Of a stretch of DNA of 64,000 bases, positions 25,926 through 36,336 are shown one piece after another. Every line of letters begins with the position of its first letter. Positions within the stretch are counted from its first letter, which is position 1. Location: IMG/VR virus record IMGVR_UViG_3300042987_001178, one strand, 5' to 3'. Origin of the DNA: an uncultured virus (IMG/VR IMGVR_UViG_3300042987_001178). Its lineage: Duplodnaviria > Heunggongvirae > Uroviricota > Caudoviricetes. The notes under the pieces were generated by a model. The model made no database searches and was not told the origin of the DNA. It saw nothing but the letters and a program-made list of their open reading frames with translations. The position numbers were made by a program, and so were the translations under genes.

Positions 25926-26520
25926 ATATATTATTATAAGTTTTCATCAATAATTCTGAATATAGTGGATTAGTAGCATATTTTTCTAGTCTAATAAAGT
26001 ATCTGGTAGGTATATTTAAATTATTACTTAACTGAAAAGTTCTTTCTTTTCTAAATTCTTCATAATGATGATTTGTATTAAGCAAATTAATATAATATTT
26101 AATGGAATCACATTTAGAATCAAACCTAGCAACTCTCCAATTAGCTGTAACTTTTACACCATTTGGTAACATACCTGCTTCTAAGTTATAAAATTGCCTA
26201 ATTCCTAATAAATTATTGCCTTCAATAGCAAATCTAGAGCGCCCATAATTAGATTCTAGAGCAGCTTTAGTGACTATTAATTGTCTATTGATACGTTGGT
26301 CATAAGGTATATTTCTTTCTAAGTGATCCACACATTTATTTACGGAATCTATAAATTCTTTTTCTGTAGTTGCCTTAAAGGCGGGTTCGACTCGATAATA
26401 GGACCATAAGCTTAATAAAACAAAAAATATAATAGTTCCTATGAATATTAAGAGGGCTTGGGTAAATTCTTTTTTTGTTTTTTCATCCATAACACTTTGT
26501 AATCCTTGTTGTCGTAGCAT
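25909..26520 (-). CDS. Glucosaminidase (GH73/Bax-like) with N-terminal membrane anchor
   Basis: AALESNYGRSRFAIEGNNLLGI, YATNPLY; hydrophobic N-term. Confidence 0.8.
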   Translation of the reverse strand: MLRQQGLQSVMDEKTKKEFTQALLIFIGTIIFFVLLSLWSYYRVEPAFKATTEKEFIDSVNKCVDHLERNIPYDQRINRQLIVTKAALESNYGRSRFAIEGNNLLGIRQFYNLEAGMLPNGVKVTANWRVARFDSKCDSIKYYINLLNTNHHYEEFRKERTFQLSNNLNIPTRYFIRLEKYATNPLYSELLMKTYNNIYVIKS

Positions 26521-26568
26521 TTACAATATTGAGAAAGGCAGCATCCAACCGCCAGGTTATTAATACAA

Positions 26569-27219
26569 TTAGTCTTTTTCGACTTCATTAATTTGGTAAA
26601 ACATCTTATCCGTATCCTCCGTTAACCAATTTTTATTTTCGACATTCCATTCAGTACTCTGAACTTTGTAGTCAGGTATATTTGAATGATTAGTGAAATT
26701 AGGCACATTCCAAAGAATGCGATTGTTAGGCTGAGCAGCGAAATTGCCGTTAGTAAGTTTGAGAACATGAGCACACTTATGTTCTGAAACCATTTCAGAG
26801 TGTTCAGTATTAAGGATATTAGCATCTGGATGCGCCCAGTCAATAGTAAATAAATATTCTGCATCATAAGTTTTACCATCATTAAAATATTTACAGGATT
26901 GTCCTTTTAAAAAATCAAAGCAGATAATGCTAGGAAAATAACCAAATGAATTCCATAGCTGAAGATCTTTGAGATTTTGCTCTGGGACGTTTCTGCGATT
27001 AAACCCTTTTTGAATAAAAGCGCTGATAGGTAATCTGTAATAGATTGCACCTGATTCAAGTATACAATGAAATAATATTGCACGGCCAGATATACTCGCA
27101 ATACCAAAGACCACACAATTTTCAGTTTCTCCGTGATGCTGTTTAAAGTCATACAAATACTCCCTTCTTATGTTACAATAAATTGGCGGTATGTTAGCAT
27201 TAAGATAAGACATAATCAA
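26569..27219 (-). CDS. Conserved phage hypothetical protein
   Basis: YLFTIDW...EHKCAHV...GNFAAQPNNR; coupled to polA. Confidence 0.65.
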   Translation of the reverse strand: MIMSYLNANIPPIYCNIRREYLYDFKQHHGETENCVVFGIASISGRAILFHCILESGAIYYRLPISAFIQKGFNRRNVPEQNLKDLQLWNSFGYFPSIICFDFLKGQSCKYFNDGKTYDAEYLFTIDWAHPDANILNTEHSEMVSEHKCAHVLKLTNGNFAAQPNNRILWNVPNFTNHSNIPDYKVQSTEWNVENKNWLTEDTDKMFYQINEVEKD

Positions 27220-29072
27220 TCATATATATCACCCCAATTTTCACCAGATTCATAGTCTACTTTATTGGGAACTTCTAATTGTACTGCATTCTCCATTATT
27301 TCAATTATTTTTTTAGCATGTTCAGGAGACTCAACAGATAAATCTAATTCATCATGAATTTGAATGTGAGCAACTATACCTTCTTTGTATAATTCTAACA
27401 TAGATTTTTTTGTCATGTCTGCAGCAGAACCTTGAATTAATTTATTTAAAGCTTTGTATGTATAAGCTCTTCTAATCCCTGGTCCGTGTTCCTGGAGTGC
27501 TTCTTCATGAGGCAATGCTTTATGCATACCGAATTGATTTGGTTCCCATAAATGAAACCTACATAATCTACCCAGCAATGTTCTTATCTGACCACGTTCT
27601 TGTGCTCTATTAGAAGCAGCGTTTGTTAATTGTTTAACAAATGGAACTTTAGCATGATACTGTTCAAATAGTTCTGCAGCTTTTTCTTTTGATACACCAA
27701 GTTCAGCTTGTAGTTTTGCCTTACCCATTCCATAAAATAATCCAAGGTTAATTGTTTTAGCTTGAGATCTTGGAATGTTTGCCATATCTGCAACAGCCTG
27801 GTGGAAGTCTGTGTTAGGATCTTCTTTATAAGATTCAATTACATCATATACTGATGGAAATTTATATAAAGATGCATAGTGTACAACTAGTCTTGGTTCT
27901 TGTTGTGAATAGTCAAAACAACCCCATGTATGACCTTCTTCCGGTAGAAATAAAGATCTAATTAAAGGTCCAAGATCCTTGTTCCTTGCTGGAAGTTGCT
28001 GTAGGTTTGGATTATTATAACTGAATCGTCCAGTTACAGTTCCACCTTGATCTGATCTTATTTGATTGATCTCTGCATGAATACGACCTTTATGTTCATA
28101 TCTAATGATTGTATCAATAAAAGTTGTATGTGCTTTATTAATTTCTCTTGCTTTAGCAATCATTTGAACTATAGGGTGAGGATGTTCTTGTAAAAAATTT
28201 TTAGTAAAGGAAGGTGCAGATGATTTCTCAGTTCTATCATAAGGCAAGCCTAGTTTATCAAAAACTGTTGCAATACTTCTTGCAGCCCAAATCTGGGCCT
28301 CTATCCCTGTTTCTTGTTTTACTTTTAATAACAATTCATGCTCTTGTGCTGTTAGCTGTTGTTTCAGTTTGTGTGCACGTTCTATATCAACTCTTACTCC
28401 TTTAAATCTCATGTCAACTAAACATGGGAATAAGTCTGTTTCTAGACTAAATACAGATTCTATATCTTGATGAACTATTTCTTTTTTAAATATTTGCCAA
28501 AGTTCTAATGTAAGTTCAGCATCTTTTTCTGCATAAGCTCCAACTTCCATAGCAGGTAATTGCCACATATCTTCTTTAGGATCTAATCCTCTTGACTTGG
28601 CTGCTTCATTTAAAGCTGTTTCACTTTTACCATAACCAAGATAATCCCAAGACAGCATATTTAAACTGTATTGAAATCTATTCTCATCAATCAATGATGC
28701 TGCAATCATAGTATCTACGATTAAACCATTGATTTTAATACCCATTTGTCTAATCCAACACACGTCATACATTGCATTATGAAATATTTTTAATGACGGA
28801 GTTGCCATGGTGTCTTTAAACCATTCTAAAACTTTTTTCTTATCCATGTTTGGCCCTGATCCGTGGGCTATGGGAAAATAAAAAGATCTCCCTGGTACAG
28901 CAACAGCAATACCAATAACCTCTCCATTACCTATAACAGATCCGGATCCTTTCTTTTTTAAATCAGGATCTCTTGTTTCTAAGTCTACTGCAATCTCATC
29001 ATAAGATCGTAGATCTGGAAATTCTTCTGGTTCTACCCATTCCTTTTGCGCTTCAAATAGAGGTACTTTCAT
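27216..29072 (-). CDS. polA: DNA polymerase family A with 3'-5' exonuclease
   Basis: Exo DLET/HNAMYD/YAEKDA; motif A DYSQQEPR, motif B AKTINLGLFYG, motif C IHDEL. Confidence 0.96.
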   Translation of the reverse strand: MKVPLFEAQKEWVEPEEFPDLRSYDEIAVDLETRDPDLKKKGSGSVIGNGEVIGIAVAVPGRSFYFPIAHGSGPNMDKKKVLEWFKDTMATPSLKIFHNAMYDVCWIRQMGIKINGLIVDTMIAASLIDENRFQYSLNMLSWDYLGYGKSETALNEAAKSRGLDPKEDMWQLPAMEVGAYAEKDAELTLELWQIFKKEIVHQDIESVFSLETDLFPCLVDMRFKGVRVDIERAHKLKQQLTAQEHELLLKVKQETGIEAQIWAARSIATVFDKLGLPYDRTEKSSAPSFTKNFLQEHPHPIVQMIAKAREINKAHTTFIDTIIRYEHKGRIHAEINQIRSDQGGTVTGRFSYNNPNLQQLPARNKDLGPLIRSLFLPEEGHTWGCFDYSQQEPRLVVHYASLYKFPSVYDVIESYKEDPNTDFHQAVADMANIPRSQAKTINLGLFYGMGKAKLQAELGVSKEKAAELFEQYHAKVPFVKQLTNAASNRAQERGQIRTLLGRLCRFHLWEPNQFGMHKALPHEEALQEHGPGIRRAYTYKALNKLIQGSAADMTKKSMLELYKEGIVAHIQIHDELDLSVESPEHAKKIIEIMENAVQLEVPNKVDYESGENWGDIYD

Positions 29073-29281
29073 TCGTAATCCCTTTCAATAATCATTTGTA
29101 TATAATGTATTGCTTTTAATAAATCTTCTTTCTTTCCTTTATCCTGGTGTCTGCAAATATATTTAATTGCATTGCCTTCAGCAAACAGTATCTTATTTTT
29201 ATTAATAAATAAAGAAGGTTGTATTTCATATTTCTTATAATGTGCACCTCCTATCTGTTTAAAAAATGCTTTGTTACTCAT
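29069..29281 (-). CDS. DUF3310 (T7 gp1.7 nucleotide-kinase-like) protein
   Basis: QIGGAHY...GNAIKYICR...KG..EDLLKAIHY; start reassigned to MSNKAF. Confidence 0.75.
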   Translation of the reverse strand: MSNKAFFKQIGGAHYKKYEIQPSLFINKNKILFAEGNAIKYICRHQDKGKKEDLLKAIHYIQMIIERDYE

Positions 29282-30780
29282 AGTTGATATCCTTTCCAAT
29301 CTTTTTTTGATTTTAATATATAAAGATTCTCCATAGATCTTGTTGAACCAACATACCAAACTCTATGTTCTTCATCTTGTTTTTCTATACTTGCTTCTAT
29401 GGATTGTCTTATTTTCCTTGCATTATCTAAAACAAGAATAACATTCTTACATTCACCACCTTTTGCTGCATGAATGGTTGATACTTCTATTCTTGGTTCT
29501 TCAGATAATTTTTCACCATTAGTTAACATTGTTCTAATGTATAATTCTTTTTCTTGATCTAAATTTGTAAAGGCATCAAACCAAGTTATTCCAGGATTAA
29601 ATCCAAGGTCTTCTATTTTAATTGAATTTTTATTCTCAAATCTTTTTTCATTGAAAGTGTCATCTAAATATTCATAGATATCTTTACAGTCTGCAATGGA
29701 TATTTCTTTTCCTAAAGTAAGATCGGTCCATTTTAAAACTGATTTATAAAGTCTACTATCAACACTTCTTCCATATCTATTTTTAAAATATAATTTCTTT
29801 TCTCTTAATAGGTTTGATATTTCATCTGATCTATAAGTTGTTCTAGTTAATATTAACCATTTATCTGTAGTTAAATCTAAACTATCTATATCAAATATTG
29901 TGTCCACTTTACCCTGAACTACATTTCCATCTTTGTCTTTCTTTGCATAATATACTTTTTCTTTTCTTTTACCCTGAATTCTATTCAGTATAGTATTAGA
30001 TAATTCTTGAACAGCTAATGGTATACGTTCAGATTGTTGTAAAACTTCCTCTTCAGCTGGTTCATCTATAAATCTATTAACGTCAGCTCCAGCCCAAGCA
30101 AATATAGCTTGGTCATCATCTCCGGCTAAGAATATATCCTTAGATTTTGATTTTAATATATCAAACATCTTCCATTGTATGGGCGATAAATCCTGAGCTT
30201 CATCAATAAATATAACCTCAAATAAAGGACATTTATCTGAATTAAGAATAAATTTTTCAATCATATCTGTATAATCATCTAAATTGTAATTTTTTTTATA
30301 ATTAATAAAATTTATGTTAATGTGATTTAAAGTATCTAAATCTATATCTCTGCTCCATTCATTAGTATTAAACTCATCTTCAATGGATATGCATTTAACT
30401 CGTGCTTTACCTATCAATTTAAAATATTCGTTGTCACAATTCAGATAACAACTTTCTTCAGAATCACTTGAATAGTTAACTCTTATACTTAATTCCTTAC
30501 CTATTTGTTCATAATGAACTGGCTGCATAACATTATCTTCACTCATACCTAATGTGTGAAAAGCCAAAGAGTGTAGTGTTTGAAAAAATTTAGCATCTGT
30601 TCTTACAAGATTTTTATTAAAATTTAAAAATCTTTCTCTAGCTTCATTAGCTGCCTTCCTTGTAAATGCAAAATAACCAATCTTATTCAATGGTACACCT
30701 TTCTTTAAATAGTTATCTACTTCATTTAATAGTCTTCTTGTCTTACCTGTTCCTGGAGGACCTAATACTTTTCTAATCAT
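29278..30780 (-). CDS. UvrD/Rep-like SF1 DNA helicase
   Basis: GPPGTGKT, FIDEAQDLS, GDDDQAIF, STIHAAKGGE, YVGSTR. Confidence 0.9.
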   Translation of the reverse strand: MIRKVLGPPGTGKTRRLLNEVDNYLKKGVPLNKIGYFAFTRKAANEARERFLNFNKNLVRTDAKFFQTLHSLAFHTLGMSEDNVMQPVHYEQIGKELSIRVNYSSDSEESCYLNCDNEYFKLIGKARVKCISIEDEFNTNEWSRDIDLDTLNHININFINYKKNYNLDDYTDMIEKFILNSDKCPLFEVIFIDEAQDLSPIQWKMFDILKSKSKDIFLAGDDDQAIFAWAGADVNRFIDEPAEEEVLQQSERIPLAVQELSNTILNRIQGKRKEKVYYAKKDKDGNVVQGKVDTIFDIDSLDLTTDKWLILTRTTYRSDEISNLLREKKLYFKNRYGRSVDSRLYKSVLKWTDLTLGKEISIADCKDIYEYLDDTFNEKRFENKNSIKIEDLGFNPGITWFDAFTNLDQEKELYIRTMLTNGEKLSEEPRIEVSTIHAAKGGECKNVILVLDNARKIRQSIEASIEKQDEEHRVWYVGSTRSMENLYILKSKKDWKGYQL

Positions 30781-32417
30781 TAAAATATATCCTTTTTAGA
30801 TTTGATAGGTATTATTTCTGGTTTTGAAGATTTAATCTTAAATTTTTCAATAGGTATTTGTATTACATCAATTGGATCGTGTGATTCTTTCTCACCTTGT
30901 TTTTTAGGAAATCGTTTAGGTATATTAATTTTAGTTAGTTCTTTACCACCACCTATTTGTATTATTTTTTCTGCAGTTTTAGATTTATTTTCTTTCCAAT
31001 CTTTATTCTTTAAAGAGTTATAAAAATTTTGATATTTAAAATATGCATACTCACCTTCTATTAATACAGATCCAGCTTTAAATGACACATTAGATTTAGC
31101 TTGTGGTCCATTGATATATTCTTTTAAATATTCTTCCAATTGTTCATCAGGAGTAGTTCCTTTAGGAGGTAATAGTTCTTCCTTAGGAGGAAACAAATTA
31201 TCTAATACTTCTTGAAATTCATTTGATTTTACTTTTGGAGGAACAAAGTCAGCTGCTGCTGCAATGATAGATCTTATTTCTTCCTGTAAAACTATTTGTT
31301 TAATATGTTTAGCTTTAACACTTTTAGAATCTCCGTTTGGTAATTCTACGTTAAAAGTATATTCTGGTTCTGGATATTTGATTTTAACTAAACTAGATAG
31401 TTTAGGAAACAATACTTTTCTATCAGATAAAAATCCATACTTTCTTTTTGCGCATTCTGCTTTCATACAAAAATTTGCAATAGGATCTTGAGTACATGTA
31501 TATCCTTTAGTAGAATCTTTTTTCCAAGATCTAATCTTATCTCTTACTTTTTTTTCACCCCAATCATCAATAACTAATCCATTAGAATCTTTTAAAAAAT
31601 ATTTTTTAGGAGCATCTATGACCATCTCTTCCCATTTGTCCTGGTATCTTTTCTTTGCAAAGACCATGTAATTGTATAACCATCTGTCTCTACCATCATC
31701 CAATTCTTTTTTAGTCATCATCTGTAGACAAGGAGGACCATCATCAAACTCGGATGGGCCTCCCTGTAGTACAGTTTTCACATGGGCTAATGAAAACTCT
31801 TCTAATTCTTTTTCAGTTTTTAAATTGGCTTCTATAACTTTTATAAATTGATCAAATGAAAATGCTTTGCCATCAAAGTTAATAGCCACTCTGTCACATT
31901 TATTGTGGTAAGGAAGATTAATAAAATTACCATTGATAAAATTTCCTTCTGAATCTTTACCTAGTTCTGTTTGTTTTGGAAATATTTCTATTCTTAATGG
32001 GAGTTGTAATGTAAATAATAAACTTTCTAAAAACTTTTTAATAACTAAAGCTTTGACAGGTTCTTTTAGAAATACATAAAGATGTAATCCACCACTTTTA
32101 GATTTAATAGGTATTAATGGAAGATCATATTGTTTAATAATATCTAAATATTTTTTAATTGAAAAATCTTTATAATCTTTAGAATCTATATCTATAGCTC
32201 CAAACCTAGCCATACCATCATCATTACATGGTTGAATACCTATAGATTTATTTCCTTTTAAATGATCTAAATAATCTTCGTCTGATATTGGTTGCTTTGA
32301 CCAACCATATTCTGGTTTTAACTTGCCTGTAGTAGGATCTTTTATATTTTTAGTTAGATCAGCAAAACCAAAATTTCTTTGCAGTCCAGTAAAATATTCT
32401 ATAAACTTTCTTTCCAT
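30780..32417 (-). CDS. AEP-superfamily primase(-polymerase)
   Basis: GAIDID, SKSGGLHLY, FINLPY; C-terminal PPC...C..C segment. Confidence 0.75.
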   Translation of the reverse strand: MERKFIEYFTGLQRNFGFADLTKNIKDPTTGKLKPEYGWSKQPISDEDYLDHLKGNKSIGIQPCNDDGMARFGAIDIDSKDYKDFSIKKYLDIIKQYDLPLIPIKSKSGGLHLYVFLKEPVKALVIKKFLESLLFTLQLPLRIEIFPKQTELGKDSEGNFINGNFINLPYHNKCDRVAINFDGKAFSFDQFIKVIEANLKTEKELEEFSLAHVKTVLQGGPSEFDDGPPCLQMMTKKELDDGRDRWLYNYMVFAKKRYQDKWEEMVIDAPKKYFLKDSNGLVIDDWGEKKVRDKIRSWKKDSTKGYTCTQDPIANFCMKAECAKRKYGFLSDRKVLFPKLSSLVKIKYPEPEYTFNVELPNGDSKSVKAKHIKQIVLQEEIRSIIAAAADFVPPKVKSNEFQEVLDNLFPPKEELLPPKGTTPDEQLEEYLKEYINGPQAKSNVSFKAGSVLIEGEYAYFKYQNFYNSLKNKDWKENKSKTAEKIIQIGGGKELTKINIPKRFPKKQGEKESHDPIDVIQIPIEKFKIKSSKPEIIPIKSKKDIF

Positions 32418-32439
32418 TTAGCCCTCTGTACATTTTTAG

Positions 32440-32463
32440 ATGTGGGCAATTTCTTGCCCACAT
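32440..32463. terminator. Stem-loop after the putative SSB gene
   Basis: ATGTGGGCAA-TTTC-TTGCCCACAT. Confidence 0.65.
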
Positions 32464-32479
32464 AATTTAACGAAAGGAA

Positions 32480-33292
32480 TTAGAAGTGAGCTTCAGATCC
32501 TTTATCAGATCCATTACTCTCACCGTGTTTCACTATAACGTCTCCTTTAGAAACACTTTCAGCGAATGATTTAGCTTGTTGGTATAAAGCTGCATCCTCT
32601 ACAGGACCTACTTTAGTAACCTCCCAACCAAACCAAGTGCCTTTATCATTTGATTGTTGAACTGTTCTTAATTTATATACATGACTAAAAGATGCTGGAG
32701 TAAATAATCCATTTTTACCTTTCATCTTTGTTCCTGTTATCATGCTATTCCATTTTCTACTGATCTTTAATTGCGTTGATTTCATAGCAAGTAAAGCTGT
32801 AGTTGGAGTTTGACCACAAACAATTAAGAAATAGCTTGCAGTTTTTTCAATATAATTACCATTAGGTAATCTATCTTTAAAAGAAGCATCTCTTTTTGTT
32901 TTAGTCATTATGTCACTTGATGATGGGTGAATTCCAACTGGAGCGCCAGAACCTTCACCTCTTTCCTGCCATTCAATATATTCTAATTTGTAATGACATG
33001 GTAAAACGTTAATTCCTTTTTCACCATCAAATAGTTCTCCAGTTACAGAGTTGTAAATCATTCCAGGCTCTGCACCTTGAACATATTTACCATCTCTCTT
33101 ATTAACTTCTGGAGATAGTTGTCCTAGTATTTTAAGAAAAGGTAATGCTAGATCTTCATGACCTATATTACCTAGACCTTTATCTGCATCTTCTTCAAAA
33201 AGACTAACAGCTAAAGCTCCCGCAGCTACTTTCTCAGCTACTGCGTTGGACTTTTTAGTTCCGTGGTCCATTGTACTTTGTGCTTTGTTCAT
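32480..33292 (-). CDS. Putative single-stranded DNA-binding protein
   Basis: In replication module; LPFLKILGQLSP...MKSTQLK.SRKWNS; C-terminus ends in Phe. Confidence 0.45.
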   Translation of the reverse strand: MNKAQSTMDHGTKKSNAVAEKVAAGALAVSLFEEDADKGLGNIGHEDLALPFLKILGQLSPEVNKRDGKYVQGAEPGMIYNSVTGELFDGEKGINVLPCHYKLEYIEWQERGEGSGAPVGIHPSSSDIMTKTKRDASFKDRLPNGNYIEKTASYFLIVCGQTPTTALLAMKSTQLKISRKWNSMITGTKMKGKNGLFTPASFSHVYKLRTVQQSNDKGTWFGWEVTKVGPVEDAALYQQAKSFAESVSKGDVIVKHGESNGSDKGSEAHF

Positions 33293-33294
33293 GT

Positions 33295-33852
33295 TTATTT
33301 CCTTGTTATTTTGGTTCTGTTTCCTGCGAACACGTTAAATAGATCAGAGGGCATATCTTTCCCAGCCTCGATACGCTCTCTGACCAATGCTTTGAGAGTC
33401 ATGGGCTCAACCTTTAATTTCTGGGAAGGTTGATATCCATTCTCTGCCGCAAGGTTTGCATAAGCAATTGCCTTGTTATCTTCGTTGCGACCAAAAGAAA
33501 CGGTAACCTCATTTTTAATAAGATCACCTAGGCCGTTTGTACGAAGCCAGTTAAATGCTTCTTCTTTCCTTTCAGCGGAAATAGAAGCACCGTAGATGGG
33601 TTTCACTTCTACAGCGGAACCATCTGCTAATTTCAATGTTGAGATATTCATTTCTTGCATCATTGTAGGAATGACATCGCCAGAAAGAACATCTGCTTCT
33701 TCTTGTAATTTTTTTAATGTTGCTTCCGTTAAAGCAATTTTATCTTCAAGATTTCTTAGCTTAAGAACTTGATCAGATAAAGATTTAGCATCATTAACTT
33801 GACTTAATGATTCTGTTTGATCTTCTTCGAAGTTTATTATACTTTCTACCAT
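33295..33852 (-). CDS. Conserved phage replication-module protein
   Basis: AFNWLRTNGLGDLIKN...VEPMTLKALVRE. Confidence 0.65.
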   Translation of the reverse strand: MVESIINFEEDQTESLSQVNDAKSLSDQVLKLRNLEDKIALTEATLKKLQEEADVLSGDVIPTMMQEMNISTLKLADGSAVEVKPIYGASISAERKEEAFNWLRTNGLGDLIKNEVTVSFGRNEDNKAIAYANLAAENGYQPSQKLKVEPMTLKALVRERIEAGKDMPSDLFNVFAGNRTKITRK

Positions 33853-33948
33853 TTTATTACTTTCTGTTTATTGTTAAGTTTCTTTCTATTTTTACCATTT
33901 GAACTAATTATAATTTAAAATTATAAATATGTCAAGATGTAGGATAAA

Positions 33949-34305
33949 TTAATTTTCTTCAACCAAGCCTTTCTCAAATAAGTTAATTTCAATTGGATAA
34001 TAAACCTGTTCTTGTCTATCCCATTTTAATAAATTATACTTACCATTTGTGATATCAGCAGCAATAGAACATGCTACTCCTATAATTGCAGGATCACCTG
34101 TAAGTAGTAAATAATCTTTTGCTGTATAATCTTTTAATAAAGACCTTAATTTAAGTATTAGTGGCCCTGGACTTAAAACCATTTGTGAATATTCAGGTAA
34201 TAATACTTTTAGTTTACCATATTTAGCTGCACCCATAATATTAAATTTAGGTTGACCAGCTCTAGTGCCTGGTAATTCTTGTATTACGTATACTGTTGTA
34301 TCCAT
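33949..34305 (-). CDS. Conserved phage hypothetical protein
   Basis: DYLLLTGDPAI...LKWDRQ...Y. Confidence 0.65.
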   Translation of the reverse strand: MDTTVYVIQELPGTRAGQPKFNIMGAAKYGKLKVLLPEYSQMVLSPGPLILKLRSLLKDYTAKDYLLLTGDPAIIGVACSIAADITNGKYNLLKWDRQEQVYYPIEINLFEKGLVEEN

Positions 34306-34376
34306 CTTTCTTTACTTGACAATTAAATTATAGTTATGATATAATACATTTTTATAGAAAGATAAAGTAAAATATT

Positions 34377-35819
34377 ATGAATTACAAGTTTAAAACTAAA
34401 CCATACGCACATCAAATAACTGCGTTAGAAAAGTCTTGGAATAAAGCACATTTTGCATATTTCATGGAGATGGGTACCGGTAAATCCAAAGTACTTATTG
34501 ATAATATAGCTATGCTATATGATAAAGGAAAGATTAATGGTGCTTTAATCGTTGCTCCAAAAGGAGTTTATCAAAACTGGTTTGATATAGAAATTCCAAA
34601 CCATATGCCTACACATATAGAAAAAAAGATGGTTTTATGGAAAGCTTCTTTTATGAAAGGCAATGAAATAGTATCTAAAGAAATAGATGTATTATTTGAA
34701 ACAGGAACAGATCTACATATTTTAGTTATGAATGTAGAAGCTTTGTCTACTAAAAATGGAGTTACATTTGCAAATAAATTTTTAAGTTGTCATGAAACTT
34801 TAATGGCAATAGATGAATCTACTACTATTAAAAATCCAGATGCTATTAGAACTAAATCTATTGTTCAATTAGGAAGATCTGCAAAGTATAGAAGAATATT
34901 AACAGGTTCTCCTGTTACCAAATCTCCTTTAGATTTGTATAAACAATGTGAATTTTTACATGAAGGATTATTAGATTACACTTCTTACTATGCTTTCAAA
35001 ACAAGATATGCTGTTTTAAGAACAGCTAATTTTGGAGGAAGATCTGTTCAAATAGTTGTAGGTTATAGAAATTTAGATGAATTATCTAAAAAAATAGAAC
35101 AGTTTTCATATAGAGTTTTAAAAGAAGATTGTTTGGATCTTCCGAGTTATTCTTTTACAAAAAGAATTATTCAATTATCTAAAGAACAAAAAAAGATTTA
35201 TGAGTCTATGAAACAATTAGCTTTAGCGCAATTAGATGGTAAACTTATGACCACTGCAACAGCTCTAGTTCAATTAATGAGATTACATCAAATAACTTGT
35301 GGTCACTTTAAATCAGATGATGGAACTATACAGAAAATAAAAAATGAAAGATTAGATGCTTTGATGGATATTCTAAGTGAAGTAGAAAATAAAGCCGTTA
35401 TATGGGCTCACTATAAATATGATATTGAAATAATAGTAGAAGCAATTAAAAAAGAATACGGACCAGATTCTTATGTTACTTATTATGGAGATACACCAAG
35501 TGAAATAAGACAAAATAATATTAAATTATTTCAGGATGAAAATAGCAAAGTTAGATTTTTAATTGGAACACCTCAAACTGGTGGATACGGTATTACTCTT
35601 ACTGCTGGAAATGTGATGATTTATTATTCCAATGGCTATGATTTAGAAAAAAGAACTCAATCAGAAGCTAGAATAAATAGAGCAGGACAAAAAAGAAAAA
35701 TGACTTATATAGATATTATTGCAGAGGACACTGTAGATGAAAAAATCGTCAATGCCCTCCGCAAAAAAGTAGATATAGCTTCTAAAGTAATGGGTGAAGA
35801 ATTAAAGGATTGGATTTAG
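34377..35819 (+). CDS. SNF2-family (SF2) helicase
   Basis: EMGTGKS, IDES, LTGSP, GGYGITLT, QSEARINRAGQ. Confidence 0.9.
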   Translation: MNYKFKTKPYAHQITALEKSWNKAHFAYFMEMGTGKSKVLIDNIAMLYDKGKINGALIVAPKGVYQNWFDIEIPNHMPTHIEKKMVLWKASFMKGNEIVSKEIDVLFETGTDLHILVMNVEALSTKNGVTFANKFLSCHETLMAIDESTTIKNPDAIRTKSIVQLGRSAKYRRILTGSPVTKSPLDLYKQCEFLHEGLLDYTSYYAFKTRYAVLRTANFGGRSVQIVVGYRNLDELSKKIEQFSYRVLKEDCLDLPSYSFTKRIIQLSKEQKKIYESMKQLALAQLDGKLMTTATALVQLMRLHQITCGHFKSDDGTIQKIKNERLDALMDILSEVENKAVIWAHYKYDIEIIVEAIKKEYGPDSYVTYYGDTPSEIRQNNIKLFQDENSKVRFLIGTPQTGGYGITLTAGNVMIYYSNGYDLEKRTQSEARINRAGQKRKMTYIDIIAEDTVDEKIVNALRKKVDIASKVMGEELKDWI

Positions 35820-35855
35820 ATAACCAATCATTCTCACACGGTGTATAAGGTAACA

Positions 35856-36278
35856 TTATTTTACTTCTATTTTAACACCTTCAATTTCTTTAGGTTCATT
35901 AAAACCAAATTTAATTTTAAGTAGACCATCTTTCATAGATGCTTCATCAACTATTACATCTTTAGCTAATTCAAACTGTTTGAAAAATTTTCTAAATGCT
36001 AGACCTTTTTGTACGTAGTCTACATTTTTATCTTCTACTTTTCCTTCTACTGTTAGTATACCGTCTTTAACTTCTACAAGTACGTTCTCTTTATTGTAGC
36101 CAGCTAAACCGATTTCTAAACCGTATTTACCTTTTGAGTATTTTACTACGTTATAAAATGGAAATGATTGTACTTTTGACCACGTGTCAAAAATATTTTC
36201 AAAGGTATCATCAAAAAACTTTGTTGATCCGTTGAATAATTGTTTGCTTAAATTATTGAAAACTTCTAGGTTTGTCAT
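35856..36278 (-). CDS. hsp20: Small heat-shock protein (Hsp20/IbpA-like)
   Basis: FPFYNV, LAGY, GLAFRKF, A.MKDGLLKI. Confidence 0.9.
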   Translation of the reverse strand: MTNLEVFNNLSKQLFNGSTKFFDDTFENIFDTWSKVQSFPFYNVVKYSKGKYGLEIGLAGYNKENVLVEVKDGILTVEGKVEDKNVDYVQKGLAFRKFFKQFELAKDVIVDEASMKDGLLKIKFGFNEPKEIEGVKIEVK

Positions 36279-36333
36279 AATTATCTCCTTTTAAAGCAAG
36301 TTAATTGGTCCATCCACATGATGCAACCTGCGG
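36279..36333 (-). promoter_or_regulatory. ROSE-like RNA thermometer in the hsp20 leader
   Basis: CUUGCU upstream of and able to pair with AGGAG SD; preceding hairpin GGU..CAUC/GAUG.ACC. Confidence 0.55.
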
Positions 36334-36336
36334 TAT

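Noticed and set aside
26381..26405. GGTTCGA T-loop-like motif suggesting a tRNA
   Set aside because: It lies within a CDS and no cloverleaf forms; no tRNA was found by eye
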